This document shows positions 46,242-55,632 of a stretch of DNA of 64,000 nucleotides, piece by piece. This DNA comes from Methanobacteriota archaeon (GTDB lineage Archaea; JAADCQ01; Methanopyri; Methanopyrales; Methanopyraceae): positions 64,001 through 128,000 of the forward strand of contig JAMOPO010000003.1 of NCBI GenBank assembly GCA_027064425.1. The letters are read 5' to 3'. The first letter of the stretch is position 1. Each line of letters starts with the position of its first letter. The position numbers and the translations under genes are program-made. Under the pieces are notes generated by a model. The model was given only the letters and a program-made list of their open reading frames with translations, did not search any database and was not told where the DNA came from.

Positions 46242-47891
46242 TTGAAGGAGCACTGGGCGGAGGTGAAGGCGCGGGAGGTTGAGAAGCACCTCGAGGAGCA
46301 CGGGTTAGAGGAGGTAGTCGTAGCGAGCGGCGCCTCGACCTCCGGCCGGCTGCACGTGGGCAACGCCCGGGACGTCCTCACCGCGGACGCCGTGGCCCGG
46401 GTGCTGGAGGAGCGAGGGCACGACGTTCGGGTGATCTGGGTCTCCGACGACGTGGACCCGCTGCGCAGGATCCCTCGGGACCTCCAGGACGAGCTCGACG
46501 AGGAGTACCTCGGCGTCCCCTACAAGGCCATCCCACTCGAGGACGGCACCCCTTACTCCGACCATTGGGCCGAGCGGTTCGTCCGCGAGCTGCGCGAGTT
46601 CGGCGTCGACGTCGACTGGGTATCCTCCGCCGAGCTGTACACGGAGGAGGAGTTCGCGGAGCTGGTCCGGCAGGCCGTGCGTGACTACTACGAGAACGGA
46701 CGACTCAAGTCCATCTTCCGCCGGTTCGGTCTCAAAGAGGCCCGCGTGTACATGCCCATCTGCGAGCGGTGCGGTCGCATCGCTACAACTCGGGTTAAGT
46801 CCATCGACGGATGGGAGATCGAGTACGTCTGCGAGGGTCGTCACCGCGTGGGCGACGCCGTGCTCGAGGGCTGCGGTCACCGCGGCAGGCTCGACCTCCG
46901 GACGCCGATCGAGGTGAACGACCTCGAGGTCCCTCCGGGCAAGCTGGGCTGGAAGGTGGAGTGGCCTACCAGATGGTACTACCTTGGCGTCGCCTGCGAG
47001 CCGTTCGGTAAAGACCACTACGTGTCCGGCGGGTCCTACGAGGTCGGCTCTGAGATCGTGGAGGAGCTCTTCGACTTCCCGGCCCCGGTGCCGGTGCCGT
47101 ACGAGTGGATCACGCTGGAAGGGAAGGCGATGTCCTCCTCCAAGGGGCACTACGCGACCCTGTCCGACTGGGCGGAGGTGTGCCACCGTGAGGTCCTTCG
47201 CTACTTCGTGCTCAGGAGCAAGCCGCTCAAGCACCTCGACCTCGACCTGAGGTTCGGGCTGCTCCAGCTCGTGGACGACTACGACGAGCTGGAGGCCAAG
47301 TACTTCAACGGCGAGGCGGACGAGCGGGAGCGCCGACTGTACGAGCTCACGCGCGTGGACGGCGTGCCCGAGGAGTGCCCACCGCACGTCCCGTTCCGGT
47401 TCTGCGCCGTCGTCGTTCAGGTGCTCGACATCCGAGGCGAGGTGGGCGAGGAGGAGCTAGAGCGGGCCGTCCGCGTGTTCCGCAGGACGGGGCATCTCGA
47501 GGAGGAGCCCGAGGGCTTCGGGCGTGAGTGGCTGAGGGAGCGGCTGGAGAAGGCGGCCCGGTGGGTGGACCGGTACGCGCCCGAGGAGGTCCGGTTCCGG
47601 GTGCGCGAGGAGCCGGAACCCGTGGAGCTGGACGAGGCGGAGCGCGAGTTCCTGCGGACCCTGCTGAGGCGGCTGGAGGAGGTCGAGTCCGAGGATCCGT
47701 CCGAGCTGCAGCGCGCGTTCTTCGACGCCGCCCGGGACGCCGGACTTAAGCCCGGCCGCGCCTTCCGGGCCTTCTACCGCGTAGTCATCGGGAAGGACAG
47801 GGGCCCGAGGGCCGGAACGCTCACAGCGGCCGTGGGGGTGGATCGGATTTCGGAGCTGATAAGGGGCTGCCTCGAGGCTTCCGGAGGCTAG
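46242..47891 (+). CDS. lysS: Class I lysyl-tRNA synthetase
   Basis: HWA, SG.LHVGN, KL.WKVEWP.RW, GKDH, MSSSKG. Confidence 0.96.
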   Translation: MKEHWAEVKAREVEKHLEEHGLEEVVVASGASTSGRLHVGNARDVLTADAVARVLEERGHDVRVIWVSDDVDPLRRIPRDLQDELDEEYLGVPYKAIPLEDGTPYSDHWAERFVRELREFGVDVDWVSSAELYTEEEFAELVRQAVRDYYENGRLKSIFRRFGLKEARVYMPICERCGRIATTRVKSIDGWEIEYVCEGRHRVGDAVLEGCGHRGRLDLRTPIEVNDLEVPPGKLGWKVEWPTRWYYLGVACEPFGKDHYVSGGSYEVGSEIVEELFDFPAPVPVPYEWITLEGKAMSSSKGHYATLSDWAEVCHREVLRYFVLRSKPLKHLDLDLRFGLLQLVDDYDELEAKYFNGEADERERRLYELTRVDGVPEECPPHVPFRFCAVVVQVLDIRGEVGEEELERAVRVFRRTGHLEEEPEGFGREWLRERLEKAARWVDRYAPEEVRFRVREEPEPVELDEAEREFLRTLLRRLEEVESEDPSELQRAFFDAARDAGLKPGRAFRAFYRVVIGKDRGPRAGTLTAAVGVDRISELIRGCLEASGG

Positions 47892-47893
47892 AC

Positions 47894-48973
47894 ACGGAGA
47901 ACGTCGTCCGCGGTGAGCTGCCCAAAGGCTGCCGGCTCTGCGTCAAGGGCGCCAAGCTGGTGGTCTTCATCACCGGCGAGTGCGAGCGGGGCTGCTGGTA
48001 CTGTCCCGTCTCCCCAGAGCGCAAGGGCCGGGACGTGATGTACGCCAACGAGCGGCCGGTGCGCGGCGAGCGGGACCTGCTGGAGGAGGCGGAAATTATG
48101 GACGCCAAGGGGGCCAGCCTGACGGGAGGCGACATCACCCTGCGGCTCGACCGCTGCGAGGAGGTGGTAACCACCCTGAAGGGCGAGTTCGGTGAGGACT
48201 TCCACGTCCACGCGTACGTGCCGGCGGAGTCCGTGAGCCGAGAGGCGCTCGACAGGCTCTCGGAGGCTGGCCTCGACGAGCTCCGGATCCACCCGTCCTT
48301 TAACGAGGACATCAACGAGCGGGCCGCCCGGTTGGCCTCAGAGTACGACTGGGACGCTGGATTCGAGATGCCCGCGATCCCCGGTCGGGAGGACTGGATC
48401 GTGGAGGTGGCGAGGCTGTCGGAGCGGCACGGGCTGGACTTCTTGAACGTTAACGAGCTCGAGTTCACCGAGTCGAACGCCGAGGAGCTCAAGGTGCGCG
48501 GGTTCAAGCGGGTGAGCGAGGACTCCGACGCCGTGCAGGGCAGCGAGGAAACGGCGATAAGGGGTCTCGCCAGGGCCGCGAAGGAGGTCTCCATCACGCT
48601 GCATTACTGCCCGTCCGTCGTTAAAGACTCCGTCCAGCTGCGCGAGCGGCTCAAGCGAACCGCCCTGAACGTGGCGGAGGAGCACGAGATGGTCGACGAG
48701 GACGGCCTGATCGTCCGCGGAGAGATTAGAGTGAAATCCGGCGACCCGGAGGACGTCGCCCGGGTGCTGACGGAGATCCTGGAGGTGCCGGAGGAGTGGG
48801 TGAGGGTGCGCACGGACCGGGTGGAGGTGAAGCCCGTAGTCCTGGAGGAGCTGGCCGACCTCCTGGACGACATCGCCGAGGCGGCCGGGTGCGAGCTCGA
48901 GGCCGTGATCGTTCGGGAGTACCCGACGTGGGACCGGACCGTGGTGGAGGTGTGGCCGGTTGGGGGTGAGTGA
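47894..48973 (+). CDS. Radical SAM protein (COG2108-like); non-canonical ACG start inferred
   Basis: Conserved GELPKGC..C.KGAK lies upstream of the first GTG (47960); CERGCWYCP, LDELRIHP, NELEF. Confidence 0.85.
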   Translation, partial: TENVVRGELPKGCRLCVKGAKLVVFITGECERGCWYCPVSPERKGRDVMYANERPVRGERDLLEEAEIMDAKGASLTGGDITLRLDRCEEVVTTLKGEFGEDFHVHAYVPAESVSREALDRLSEAGLDELRIHPSFNEDINERAARLASEYDWDAGFEMPAIPGREDWIVEVARLSERHGLDFLNVNELEFTESNAEELKVRGFKRVSEDSDAVQGSEETAIRGLARAAKEVSITLHYCPSVVKDSVQLRERLKRTALNVAEEHEMVDEDGLIVRGEIRVKSGDPEDVARVLTEILEVPEEWVRVRTDRVEVKPVVLEELADLLDDIAEAAGCELEAVIVREYPTWDRTVVEVWPVGGE

Positions 48974-49483
48974 GTGACCCGGAGGAGGGGGAGGATCTCG
49001 GCCCGGACGCTGCGGCACGTCGGCCGGGTCTGGCGGGTGGCGATGTACGCCGGCTCCGTCCTGACGATCCTGCTGATCGCCCTCCTCACCGTGACGTCCA
49101 TCAGCCAGTACAGCTACGAGGCCCAGGTCCTGCTGTTCGGTAACTACGCGGACCAGCTGAAGCACATCAACGCGGAGTACGAGCGGCTGAGAGTGGAGTT
49201 CATGAAGACCAACGAGAGACTTCGGACGCTGCGAGAGATGTACCCGATCCCGGGCCCGGAGCTGCACCGCGTCGAGAAGATCAGGGCTAAGGCGTCGCTG
49301 GAGCTCGCCTCCCTAAACGAGAAGCGCAAGGATGCGGAGTTCGCGGTGTACGTCATGCACGACCCGGCAACGTCGGACGTCAAGATCGGCGAGTGCCTGG
49401 CGGAGCTAAGGAGGGCCAGGATGGCCGTCAGGGCCTTCGCTAGGGCGGTCAACGAGCTTGAGAACAAGTACGCACGCGGCTGA
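48974..49483 (+). CDS. Membrane-anchored coiled-coil hypothetical protein
   Basis: Basic N-terminus, single TM helix, heptad-rich remainder. Confidence 0.7.
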   Translation: MTRRRGRISARTLRHVGRVWRVAMYAGSVLTILLIALLTVTSISQYSYEAQVLLFGNYADQLKHINAEYERLRVEFMKTNERLRTLREMYPIPGPELHRVEKIRAKASLELASLNEKRKDAEFAVYVMHDPATSDVKIGECLAELRRARMAVRAFARAVNELENKYARG

Positions 49484-50780
49484 CCGAGCGGAGGTCGAGC
49501 TGGGAGCCATCCACGAACGGCTCGACGTGAGGTTGGAGGACAGGCGCCTCAAGTTCACCCTGTACGACCTGATCGAGTTCGAGGTCGACCCCTCGGAGCT
49601 CGCCCGGATGGTCTCCGCCCTGCTCTCCCGGATCGAGCGGCGGCACGTACCGGCCAGCGTCGACGGGACCCGGGTCGCGGCATCCACCGACCGGAGAACC
49701 CTCAAGGAGGTCCTCCAGCAGCTGATCTCACGGCTCGCCGGGGAGGCCGGGACCCACGCTCACACCCGCCGCCGCCTGATTTACATTTCGGAATCCTCCG
49801 GCATCCCCCTCATCGGTCACTCCGCCTTCGGCATCATCGATCGGGGTACCAACGTGCTTCAGGTCCGCCCCATCACCGGGTGCAACCTCTGCTGCATCTA
49901 CTGCAGCGTGGACGAGGGGTGGGTGTCGCGCACCCGCTGGCGGGACTTCATGGTGGACCCGGACTACCTGCTGGACTGGTTCCGGGAGATCGCCGACTTC
50001 AAGGGGGAAGGGGTCGAGGCCCACATCGACGGACAGGGCGAGCCGACCCTGTACCCGTTCCTACCAGATCTAGTGCAAGGGTTGAAGGAGCATCCCAACG
50101 TCGACGTCGTCTCCATGCAAACCAACGCCGTCCCGCTGGACGAGGACTACGTCGACGAGCTCGTCGAGGCGGGCTTGGACCGGTTTAACGTCAGCATCAA
50201 CAGCCTGGACCCGAAGAAGGCGCGCGCGATGGCCGGCTCGAAGGACTACGACGTCCGGCACGTGATGCGAATCGCCGAGTACATCGCCAAGGAGACCCGC
50301 GCGGACGTGCTCCTGGCGCCCCTGTGGCTGCCCGGGTACAACGACGAGGACATCGTGGAGATCATCGAGTTCGCGGTCGAGATCGGGGCGGGCGAGCGGT
50401 GGCCACCGCTCGGGATCCAGAACTACCTGGAGTACCGGTTCGGTCGGAGGCCCAAGTTCTTGCGCAGGGTCGTCCCGATGAAGGAGTTTTACCGGTGGCT
50501 TCGAGAGCTCGAGCGTAAGACGGGGGTCAGACCGCTGGTGCTGAAACCCGAGCACTTCGGTACGGAACCGCGGAAGTCCCTCCCCAAGCCCTTCCGCCGC
50601 GGCGACAGGGTTCAGGCGGAGGTCGTGTCGGAGGGGCGCATTCGAGGCGAGATGATCGCCCGGGCCTCGGACCGCGTGATCGCGGTCCCGGACTCCGCCA
50701 AGAAATTAAGCGTGGGTGACGTCGTGGAGCTGCGGATAACTCGGGATAAGCACAACATCTTCGTGGGGGAGCTCGCGTAG
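49458..50780 (+). CDS. Radical SAM protein with TRAM domain (COG2100-like)
   Basis: PLIG..FGIIDRGTN, GCNLCCIYCSVD, AHIDGQGEP, C-terminal RDKHNI; start uncertain. Confidence 0.88.
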   Translation: MRTSTHAADRAEVELGAIHERLDVRLEDRRLKFTLYDLIEFEVDPSELARMVSALLSRIERRHVPASVDGTRVAASTDRRTLKEVLQQLISRLAGEAGTHAHTRRRLIYISESSGIPLIGHSAFGIIDRGTNVLQVRPITGCNLCCIYCSVDEGWVSRTRWRDFMVDPDYLLDWFREIADFKGEGVEAHIDGQGEPTLYPFLPDLVQGLKEHPNVDVVSMQTNAVPLDEDYVDELVEAGLDRFNVSINSLDPKKARAMAGSKDYDVRHVMRIAEYIAKETRADVLLAPLWLPGYNDEDIVEIIEFAVEIGAGERWPPLGIQNYLEYRFGRRPKFLRRVVPMKEFYRWLRELERKTGVRPLVLKPEHFGTEPRKSLPKPFRRGDRVQAEVVSEGRIRGEMIARASDRVIAVPDSAKKLSVGDVVELRITRDKHNIFVGELA

Positions 50781-50792
50781 GGGGGCGCTCGC

Positions 50793-51272
50793 ATGGCTGA
50801 GGAGACCGAGGAGAAGTCCTCGGAGGAGAAGGGAGAGGAGGACATCCCGGACTGGTGGGAGAAGGAGTGGGCGGAGTTCCGGTACCGCGGTTACACGCTG
50901 GACGAGCTGATGAAGATGCCGCTGGAGGAGTTCATCGAGCTCCTACCGGCGCGCCAGCGTCGCTCGCTGAAGCGTGGATTGCCGTCCAGGCACAAGAAGC
51001 TGCTGCAGAAGGTCCGGCGGGCCCGGAGGCTCCTGCGGCGCGGTAAGAAGCCGCCGGTGATCCGGACGCACTGTCGGGACATGATCATCCTGCCGGAGAT
51101 GGTCGGACTGACCATCGCCGTGTACAACGGTAAGGAGTTCAAGGAGGTCAAGATCGAGCCGGAGATGATCGGGCACTACCTCGGCGAGTTCTCGAAGACC
51201 AGGAAGAAGGTCGAGCACGGCGACCCGGGCATCGGCGCCACGCGGAGCTCACTCTTCGTACCGCTCAAGTGA
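50793..51272 (+). CDS. rps19p: 30S ribosomal protein S19 (uS19)
   Basis: [40 protein letters not shown]. Confidence 0.97.
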   Translation: MAEETEEKSSEEKGEEDIPDWWEKEWAEFRYRGYTLDELMKMPLEEFIELLPARQRRSLKRGLPSRHKKLLQKVRRARRLLRRGKKPPVIRTHCRDMIILPEMVGLTIAVYNGKEFKEVKIEPEMIGHYLGEFSKTRKKVEHGDPGIGATRSSLFVPLK

Positions 51273-51953
51273 GGCCGCTGGGAACCGGAGCCGGACCCCG
51301 TACAGGGACACCCGGCCGCCGAGCTCCTGCACACGGCGTATCAGATTGAGCTCCATCCAGTCGTCGCGGACGCACAGCCACCGCTCCAGCAGTCCATCGT
51401 ACCCGGTGACCGCCCTGGCCTTCCCCACTCGAACGTCCTCCTCGCCCCTCAGCAGCCCCTTCAGCTCGTCTCCCACGCGGTTGACTGCCTTTTTCACGCT
51501 CCAGTCGTTGTCCAGATCGTACTCCCGGAGGTAGTACAGCGCGATTTTAAGTGGCTCCAGCGCCGAGCCGCCGCGCCACTTGATGGTCCGCTCCACGGAA
51601 GCCTCGGCGGTAACGGTCACCTCCTCCGCGTCCAGCTCCCGGGACTCCATCTCGCACTTTTCGAACTGGACCGCGATCACGGTCAAGAACTTTGAGTCTC
51701 CCAGCCGGCGCGCCCGGAGCCCGAACGTGTACCTGGCGTCATCGACGGGCCCGTCCACGAGCGAGTTCGTGGGCACGTCCTCGTCCCGGCGCGTCCAGAG
51801 CGTTAACGAGCACTCCACCTCGGAGTACTCCCGGGCGGGCGAGTGTGCGACCATCTCGGTCAGCGTCTCGTAAACGCTGACAACCTGGCCCTTGTCGAGC
51901 TCCAGAGCGTGACGCCGCGCCAGCTTCGCTCCCGTTTTATGGACCGTGATCAC
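51249..51953 (-). CDS. Hypothetical protein
   Basis: Fills the gap between rps19 and the B12 radical SAM gene; start inferred at GTG 51953/51956. Confidence 0.6.
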   Translation of the reverse strand: MITVHKTGAKLARRHALELDKGQVVSVYETLTEMVAHSPAREYSEVECSLTLWTRRDEDVPTNSLVDGPVDDARYTFGLRARRLGDSKFLTVIAVQFEKCEMESRELDAEEVTVTAEASVERTIKWRGGSALEPLKIALYYLREYDLDNDWSVKKAVNRVGDELKGLLRGEEDVRVGKARAVTGYDGLLERWLCVRDDWMELNLIRRVQELGGRVSLYGVRLRFPAASLERYEE

Positions 51954-51975
51954 CACCCCCTGGGGAGGTCGGCTG

Positions 51976-53430
51976 TTGAGCCTCGACGTGCTCTTGGTGA
52001 ACCCGCCGGATGTCACGACTAAGTACGAGCGCTTCCTGGGGATCACGGCACCGCCCCTGGGGATGGCCTACATAGCGGCCGTGCTGGAGGAGGCAGGGTA
52101 CAGCGTTCGCATCCTGGACTGCCCGCCGCTGGAGATGAGCTGGGAGGAGTTCCGCAGGACCGTCCGGCGGCTGAAGCCTAAGATCGTATCCATAATGGCG
52201 ACGACCCCGATCATCAGCCAGGCCTACAAGGCCGCCAAGATCGTGAAAGAGGAGCTCGAGGACGCCATCGTGTGCCTCGGCGGTTACCACCCCACGTTCA
52301 TGGACGTGGAGTGCCTCCGGGAGTGCGAGCACGTTGACATCGTTGTTCGCCGGGAGGGAGAGTTCACCCTGCTCGACCTCGTCCGGGCCTTCATCGACGG
52401 GGTGAAGTCGCTCTCGGACATCCTCGGCATCACGTACCGGAGGGAGGACGACATCGTCCGGAACCCGGATCGGCCACTGATCCAGGACCTGGACGCGCTG
52501 CCGCTCCCGGCTCGGCACCTGCTTCCGATGGACCGGTACACGTTCTTCGGGACCAGGACGAGCGCGACCACCGTGATCACCAGCCGAGGGTGCCCCGTCG
52601 GCTGCGACTTCTGCGCCTCGTCCCAGATGCATGGCCGGAAGCTCCGCATGCACTCCGCCGAGCGCGTCGTATCGGAGGTGGCGCACGTCCACGAGCGCTA
52701 CGGCTCGGACATCATCGCCTTCGTCGACGACACCTTCACCTACGACCGGCGCCGGGTGGAGAAGATCTGCCGGCTGATGATCGAGGCCGGACTCGACGTA
52801 ACCTGGGGTTGCGCCGCCCGCGTGGACACCATCGACCGGGAGCTGCTCGAGCTGATGCGGGAGGCCGGCTGCTCCGTCCTGTTCTTCGGCGTGGAGTCCG
52901 GCTCCCAGGAGATCCTGGACAACGTGGGGAAGGGATTCACCGTCCGGCAGACGAAGCGGGCGTTCAAGCTCTGCCGGGAGATGGGCATCCGGACGGTCGC
53001 GTCCGCCGTCATCGGCCTGCCGGGCGAGACCCACGAGACCGCCCGGGCCACGATCAAGCTGCTGAAGGAGCTCGACCCGGACTACGCCGTGGTCTCCGTC
53101 GCCACCCCGTACCCCGGCACCAGGTTCTTCCAAGAAGTCATCGAGGAGGAGCTTCTGGTCGAGGAGGACTGGGACAAGTTCACCCTGATGGAGCCGGTGG
53201 CGGCCACCACCGAGCTCTCCCCGGAGGAGATCAAGCGGTACCAGCGTCGCGCCATGCTGGAGTTCTACCTGCGACCCCGCTACCTGCTCCGGCGCATCAA
53301 GGAGGATGGTCTGGACGCCATCCGCGTCGCCGGCACCATGATGGCCGAGGTGACGTTCAAGAAGCTGAAAGCCCTGATCTCGCGCCTCCCCAGCCCTAGG
53401 TTCTCACACCGTGAGGACTCGGACGAGTGA
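51976..53430 (+). CDS. B12-binding (class B) radical SAM enzyme
   Basis: LVNPP...PPLG.AYIAA, GGYHPT, EGE, SRGCPVGCDFC, GVESGS, PYPGT; TTG after GGAGGT. Confidence 0.9.
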   Translation: MSLDVLLVNPPDVTTKYERFLGITAPPLGMAYIAAVLEEAGYSVRILDCPPLEMSWEEFRRTVRRLKPKIVSIMATTPIISQAYKAAKIVKEELEDAIVCLGGYHPTFMDVECLRECEHVDIVVRREGEFTLLDLVRAFIDGVKSLSDILGITYRREDDIVRNPDRPLIQDLDALPLPARHLLPMDRYTFFGTRTSATTVITSRGCPVGCDFCASSQMHGRKLRMHSAERVVSEVAHVHERYGSDIIAFVDDTFTYDRRRVEKICRLMIEAGLDVTWGCAARVDTIDRELLELMREAGCSVLFFGVESGSQEILDNVGKGFTVRQTKRAFKLCREMGIRTVASAVIGLPGETHETARATIKLLKELDPDYAVVSVATPYPGTRFFQEVIEEELLVEEDWDKFTLMEPVAATTELSPEEIKRYQRRAMLEFYLRPRYLLRRIKEDGLDAIRVAGTMMAEVTFKKLKALISRLPSPRFSHREDSDE

Positions 53431-54379
53431 CGTACGCCCGGTACCCCATCGCGTCGATCAAGGCCGCCGCCGTCTCAGCCCGCGACTCGTCATCGAACAG
53501 GCCGATCGCGCACCCACCTCCACCGGCTCCAGTCACCTTGGCACCCAGCGCCCCCGCCCGCCGAAGCGCGTGCACGATCTCGTCCAGCTCCCGAGTCGAG
53601 ACGCCCAGCGCGGAGAGAAGGCCGTGGTTCACGTCCAGCAGCTCACCGAGCCTCCTCAGGTCTCCGGACTCCAAGGCCCCCTCCACCTTGAGAACCAAGT
53701 CACCGATGGCCTCCATCACCCGCTCTCCGACCGACCCCACCGAGTCCAGCAGCTCGGCGACCCGGTCGACCATCTCCCCGGTCCTCGACGGCCGGCCCGA
53801 GTACGCGATCACCAGGACCAGGTCCTCCGGGCAGTCCAGTCGCCTGAACTCGCGCCCCGTGATCGAGAGCACGCCACCGTAGGTAACGGTCGTCGGGTCG
53901 ACCCAGCTGGCCCTGCCCTGCACGTCCAGCTCAACCCGCCGGACGAGCTCGCGCAGCCGGTCCCGGCTCAGCTCTTCCCCCGAGAGGCTCGCCAGGGCGG
54001 CGATGACCCCGGCGCTCACCGCGGCCGACGTCCCCAGCCCGCTGGCCGGGGGCGCCTCGCCCCTAATCCTCACCTCCGCCGGCGGGGGCGAGAACTCCTC
54101 CGTGCACAGCCCGATGGCCGACGCCACGTAGCTGAGCTCCCTGCCCAGCCCCGGGGAGGACACCCGCCGAACGTCTCCGGACGGCGTCACCGTGGCTCGC
54201 ACCTCTCCCAGCGCCTGCTCGCCCAGCTCGGTCCGGACCGAAAACGCGTCTCCGTCGGACTCCTCGGCCTCCACCTCCACGTACAGCTCGACCGCGGCCG
54301 ATATGGCGGGGTGCCCGTACACCGCCGCGTGCTCTCCCGAGAGGATAACCTTCAATGGAACCCTGACGTGGGCACCCAA
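53396..54379 (-). CDS. mvk: Mevalonate kinase
   Basis: PLKVILSGEHAAVYG, PPASGLGTSAA, QGRAS, GAKVTGAGGGG; TTG start at 54379. Confidence 0.93.
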   Translation of the reverse strand: MGAHVRVPLKVILSGEHAAVYGHPAISAAVELYVEVEAEESDGDAFSVRTELGEQALGEVRATVTPSGDVRRVSSPGLGRELSYVASAIGLCTEEFSPPPAEVRIRGEAPPASGLGTSAAVSAGVIAALASLSGEELSRDRLRELVRRVELDVQGRASWVDPTTVTYGGVLSITGREFRRLDCPEDLVLVIAYSGRPSRTGEMVDRVAELLDSVGSVGERVMEAIGDLVLKVEGALESGDLRRLGELLDVNHGLLSALGVSTRELDEIVHALRRAGALGAKVTGAGGGGCAIGLFDDESRAETAAALIDAMGYRAYVTRPSPHGVRT

Positions 54380-54430
54380 CGGGCCCCACCCCTGAGCCCG
54401 CCGAGCGGCCTCGACCCCGGGTGATACGCC

Positions 54431-55261
54431 TTGCGGATCCCCCGAACGCTGGAACCCGTGGTTAGCGACGAGTTCGTCGAGAGCCTCGACGACCTGGTCG
54501 CCCGCATCAACGAGGCGGAGCTGAGCTCCGGCCTCATCCGGATCACCAAGCGGGTCGAGCGCGACCTGTACGACGCCATCATCCTCGTCCTGAACGGCGC
54601 GGTGGCGCACCTGCAGGTGGAGAACGTGACCTCCAGGGAGCGCTGGGAGGGGGAGGAGGCGCTGGACGTCCTCCGAGAGATCCTGGCGGACATCAGCCCC
54701 GAGGACCCCGCCGTCCTGGATATTTACCGCGGGCCGGGCCGAGAGGTCGAGTCCTTCGCCCGATACCAGCTGGGCGTGGAGGAGCTCGGCGAGTACGACC
54801 TGGCGTCGGTTATCATGGAGGCCTACGAGGAGGCGGGTGCCGCCGAGGGGGAGGAGAAGGTCGTAGAGTTCAGCGAGGAGGCGGAGGAGAAGCCGGAGGC
54901 CGAGGCCGGCGCTGAGGTCGAGGCTGAGGTTGAGGAGGGGGTCGAGAAGGAGAAGGAGAAGGAGGAGGTCGAGGAGCTGTCCCGAGAGGAGCTGCTCGAG
55001 AAGTACGGGATTAAGGAGCCCGACGAGTCCTTCGTCGAGTCGGTGCTGGAGGACATGACCGGGCCCTCCGAGGACCTTCACAAGCAGGTCGAGCGGGTGC
55101 TGCGAGGATACGGTATCACCATCTTCCAGCTGTCCGGGGTCGTCCTCGTGGACCCCCGCAGCGAGGAGGACGTCAAGCACATCGAGGAGGCTGTCGAGGA
55201 CATGAAGGAGGACCTCGGACTCAACGAGATCTCCGTCCGGATCCGCGGGAAAAACATTTAA
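54431..55261 (+). CDS. Acidic hypothetical protein, DUF2226-like
   Basis: SGLIRI, LDIY, SREELLEKYGIKEPDE.FV; SD GGGGTGA. Confidence 0.7.
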   Translation: MRIPRTLEPVVSDEFVESLDDLVARINEAELSSGLIRITKRVERDLYDAIILVLNGAVAHLQVENVTSRERWEGEEALDVLREILADISPEDPAVLDIYRGPGREVESFARYQLGVEELGEYDLASVIMEAYEEAGAAEGEEKVVEFSEEAEEKPEAEAGAEVEAEVEEGVEKEKEKEEVEELSREELLEKYGIKEPDESFVESVLEDMTGPSEDLHKQVERVLRGYGITIFQLSGVVLVDPRSEEDVKHIEEAVEDMKEDLGLNEISVRIRGKNI

Positions 55262-55262
55262 C
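55251..55262 (+). promoter_or_regulatory. BRE/TATA promoter of tRNA-Arg
   Basis: AAAACATTTAAA about 30 nt upstream of the tRNA. Confidence 0.65.
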
Positions 55263-55292
55263 CGCCCCCGACCGGAGGTGACACGGAGCGTC

Positions 55293-55370
55293 GGGCCGGC
55301 AGCTCAGTCTGGACAGAGCGCGGGCCTTCGGAGCCCGTGGTCCCGGGTTCAAATCCCGGCCGGCCCACCA
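55293..55370 (+). tRNA. tRNA-Arg(TCG), intronless, CCA encoded, C at position 8
   Basis: GGGCCGG-CA-GCTC..GAGC-G-CGGGC-CT TCG GA-GCCCG-TGGTC-CCGGG-TTCAAAT-CCCGG-CCGGCCC-ACCA. Confidence 0.97.
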
Positions 55371-55375
55371 GCCCG

Positions 55376-55400
55376 AATCGTTACGAAGTCCGTAACGAAT
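55376..55400. repeat. 10-5-10 palindrome, copy B (3' of tRNA-Arg)
   Basis: AATCGTTACG-aagtc-CGTAACGAAT. Confidence 0.8.
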
Positions 55401-55416
55401 CTTGGGGCGTCCCGCG

Positions 55417-55632
55417 TTGGACGAGCTCCGCGACCGGCTACAGGCCGGTCCGTTCGAGGTCGTGGCGGCCAAGCTGGAGGAGGTACTTCAGCGGCTCGAC
55501 CGACTCGAGTCCAAGCTCGATGAGCTGCTGGCCCGGGTGGAACGTTTAGAGCGGGAGCTGGGAGAGGAGGCCGGGGAGGGCGATGAGCGTACCGGAGAGC
55601 ATCGCGGTGATCGGGCTGGGAGTGGAGGGTAG
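55417..55632 (+). CDS. Small coiled-coil protein
   Basis: Leucine heptads KLEEVLQRLDRLESKLDELLARVERLE; overlaps the murD-like start. Confidence 0.65.
   Translation: MDELRDRLQAGPFEVVAAKLEEVLQRLDRLESKLDELLARVERLERELGEEAGEGDERTGEHRGDRAGSGG

Noticed and set aside
49490-49502. GGAGGT-N4-CTG as another non-canonical start
   Set aside because: An in-frame TTG at 49458 exists, so a non-canonical start is not required.
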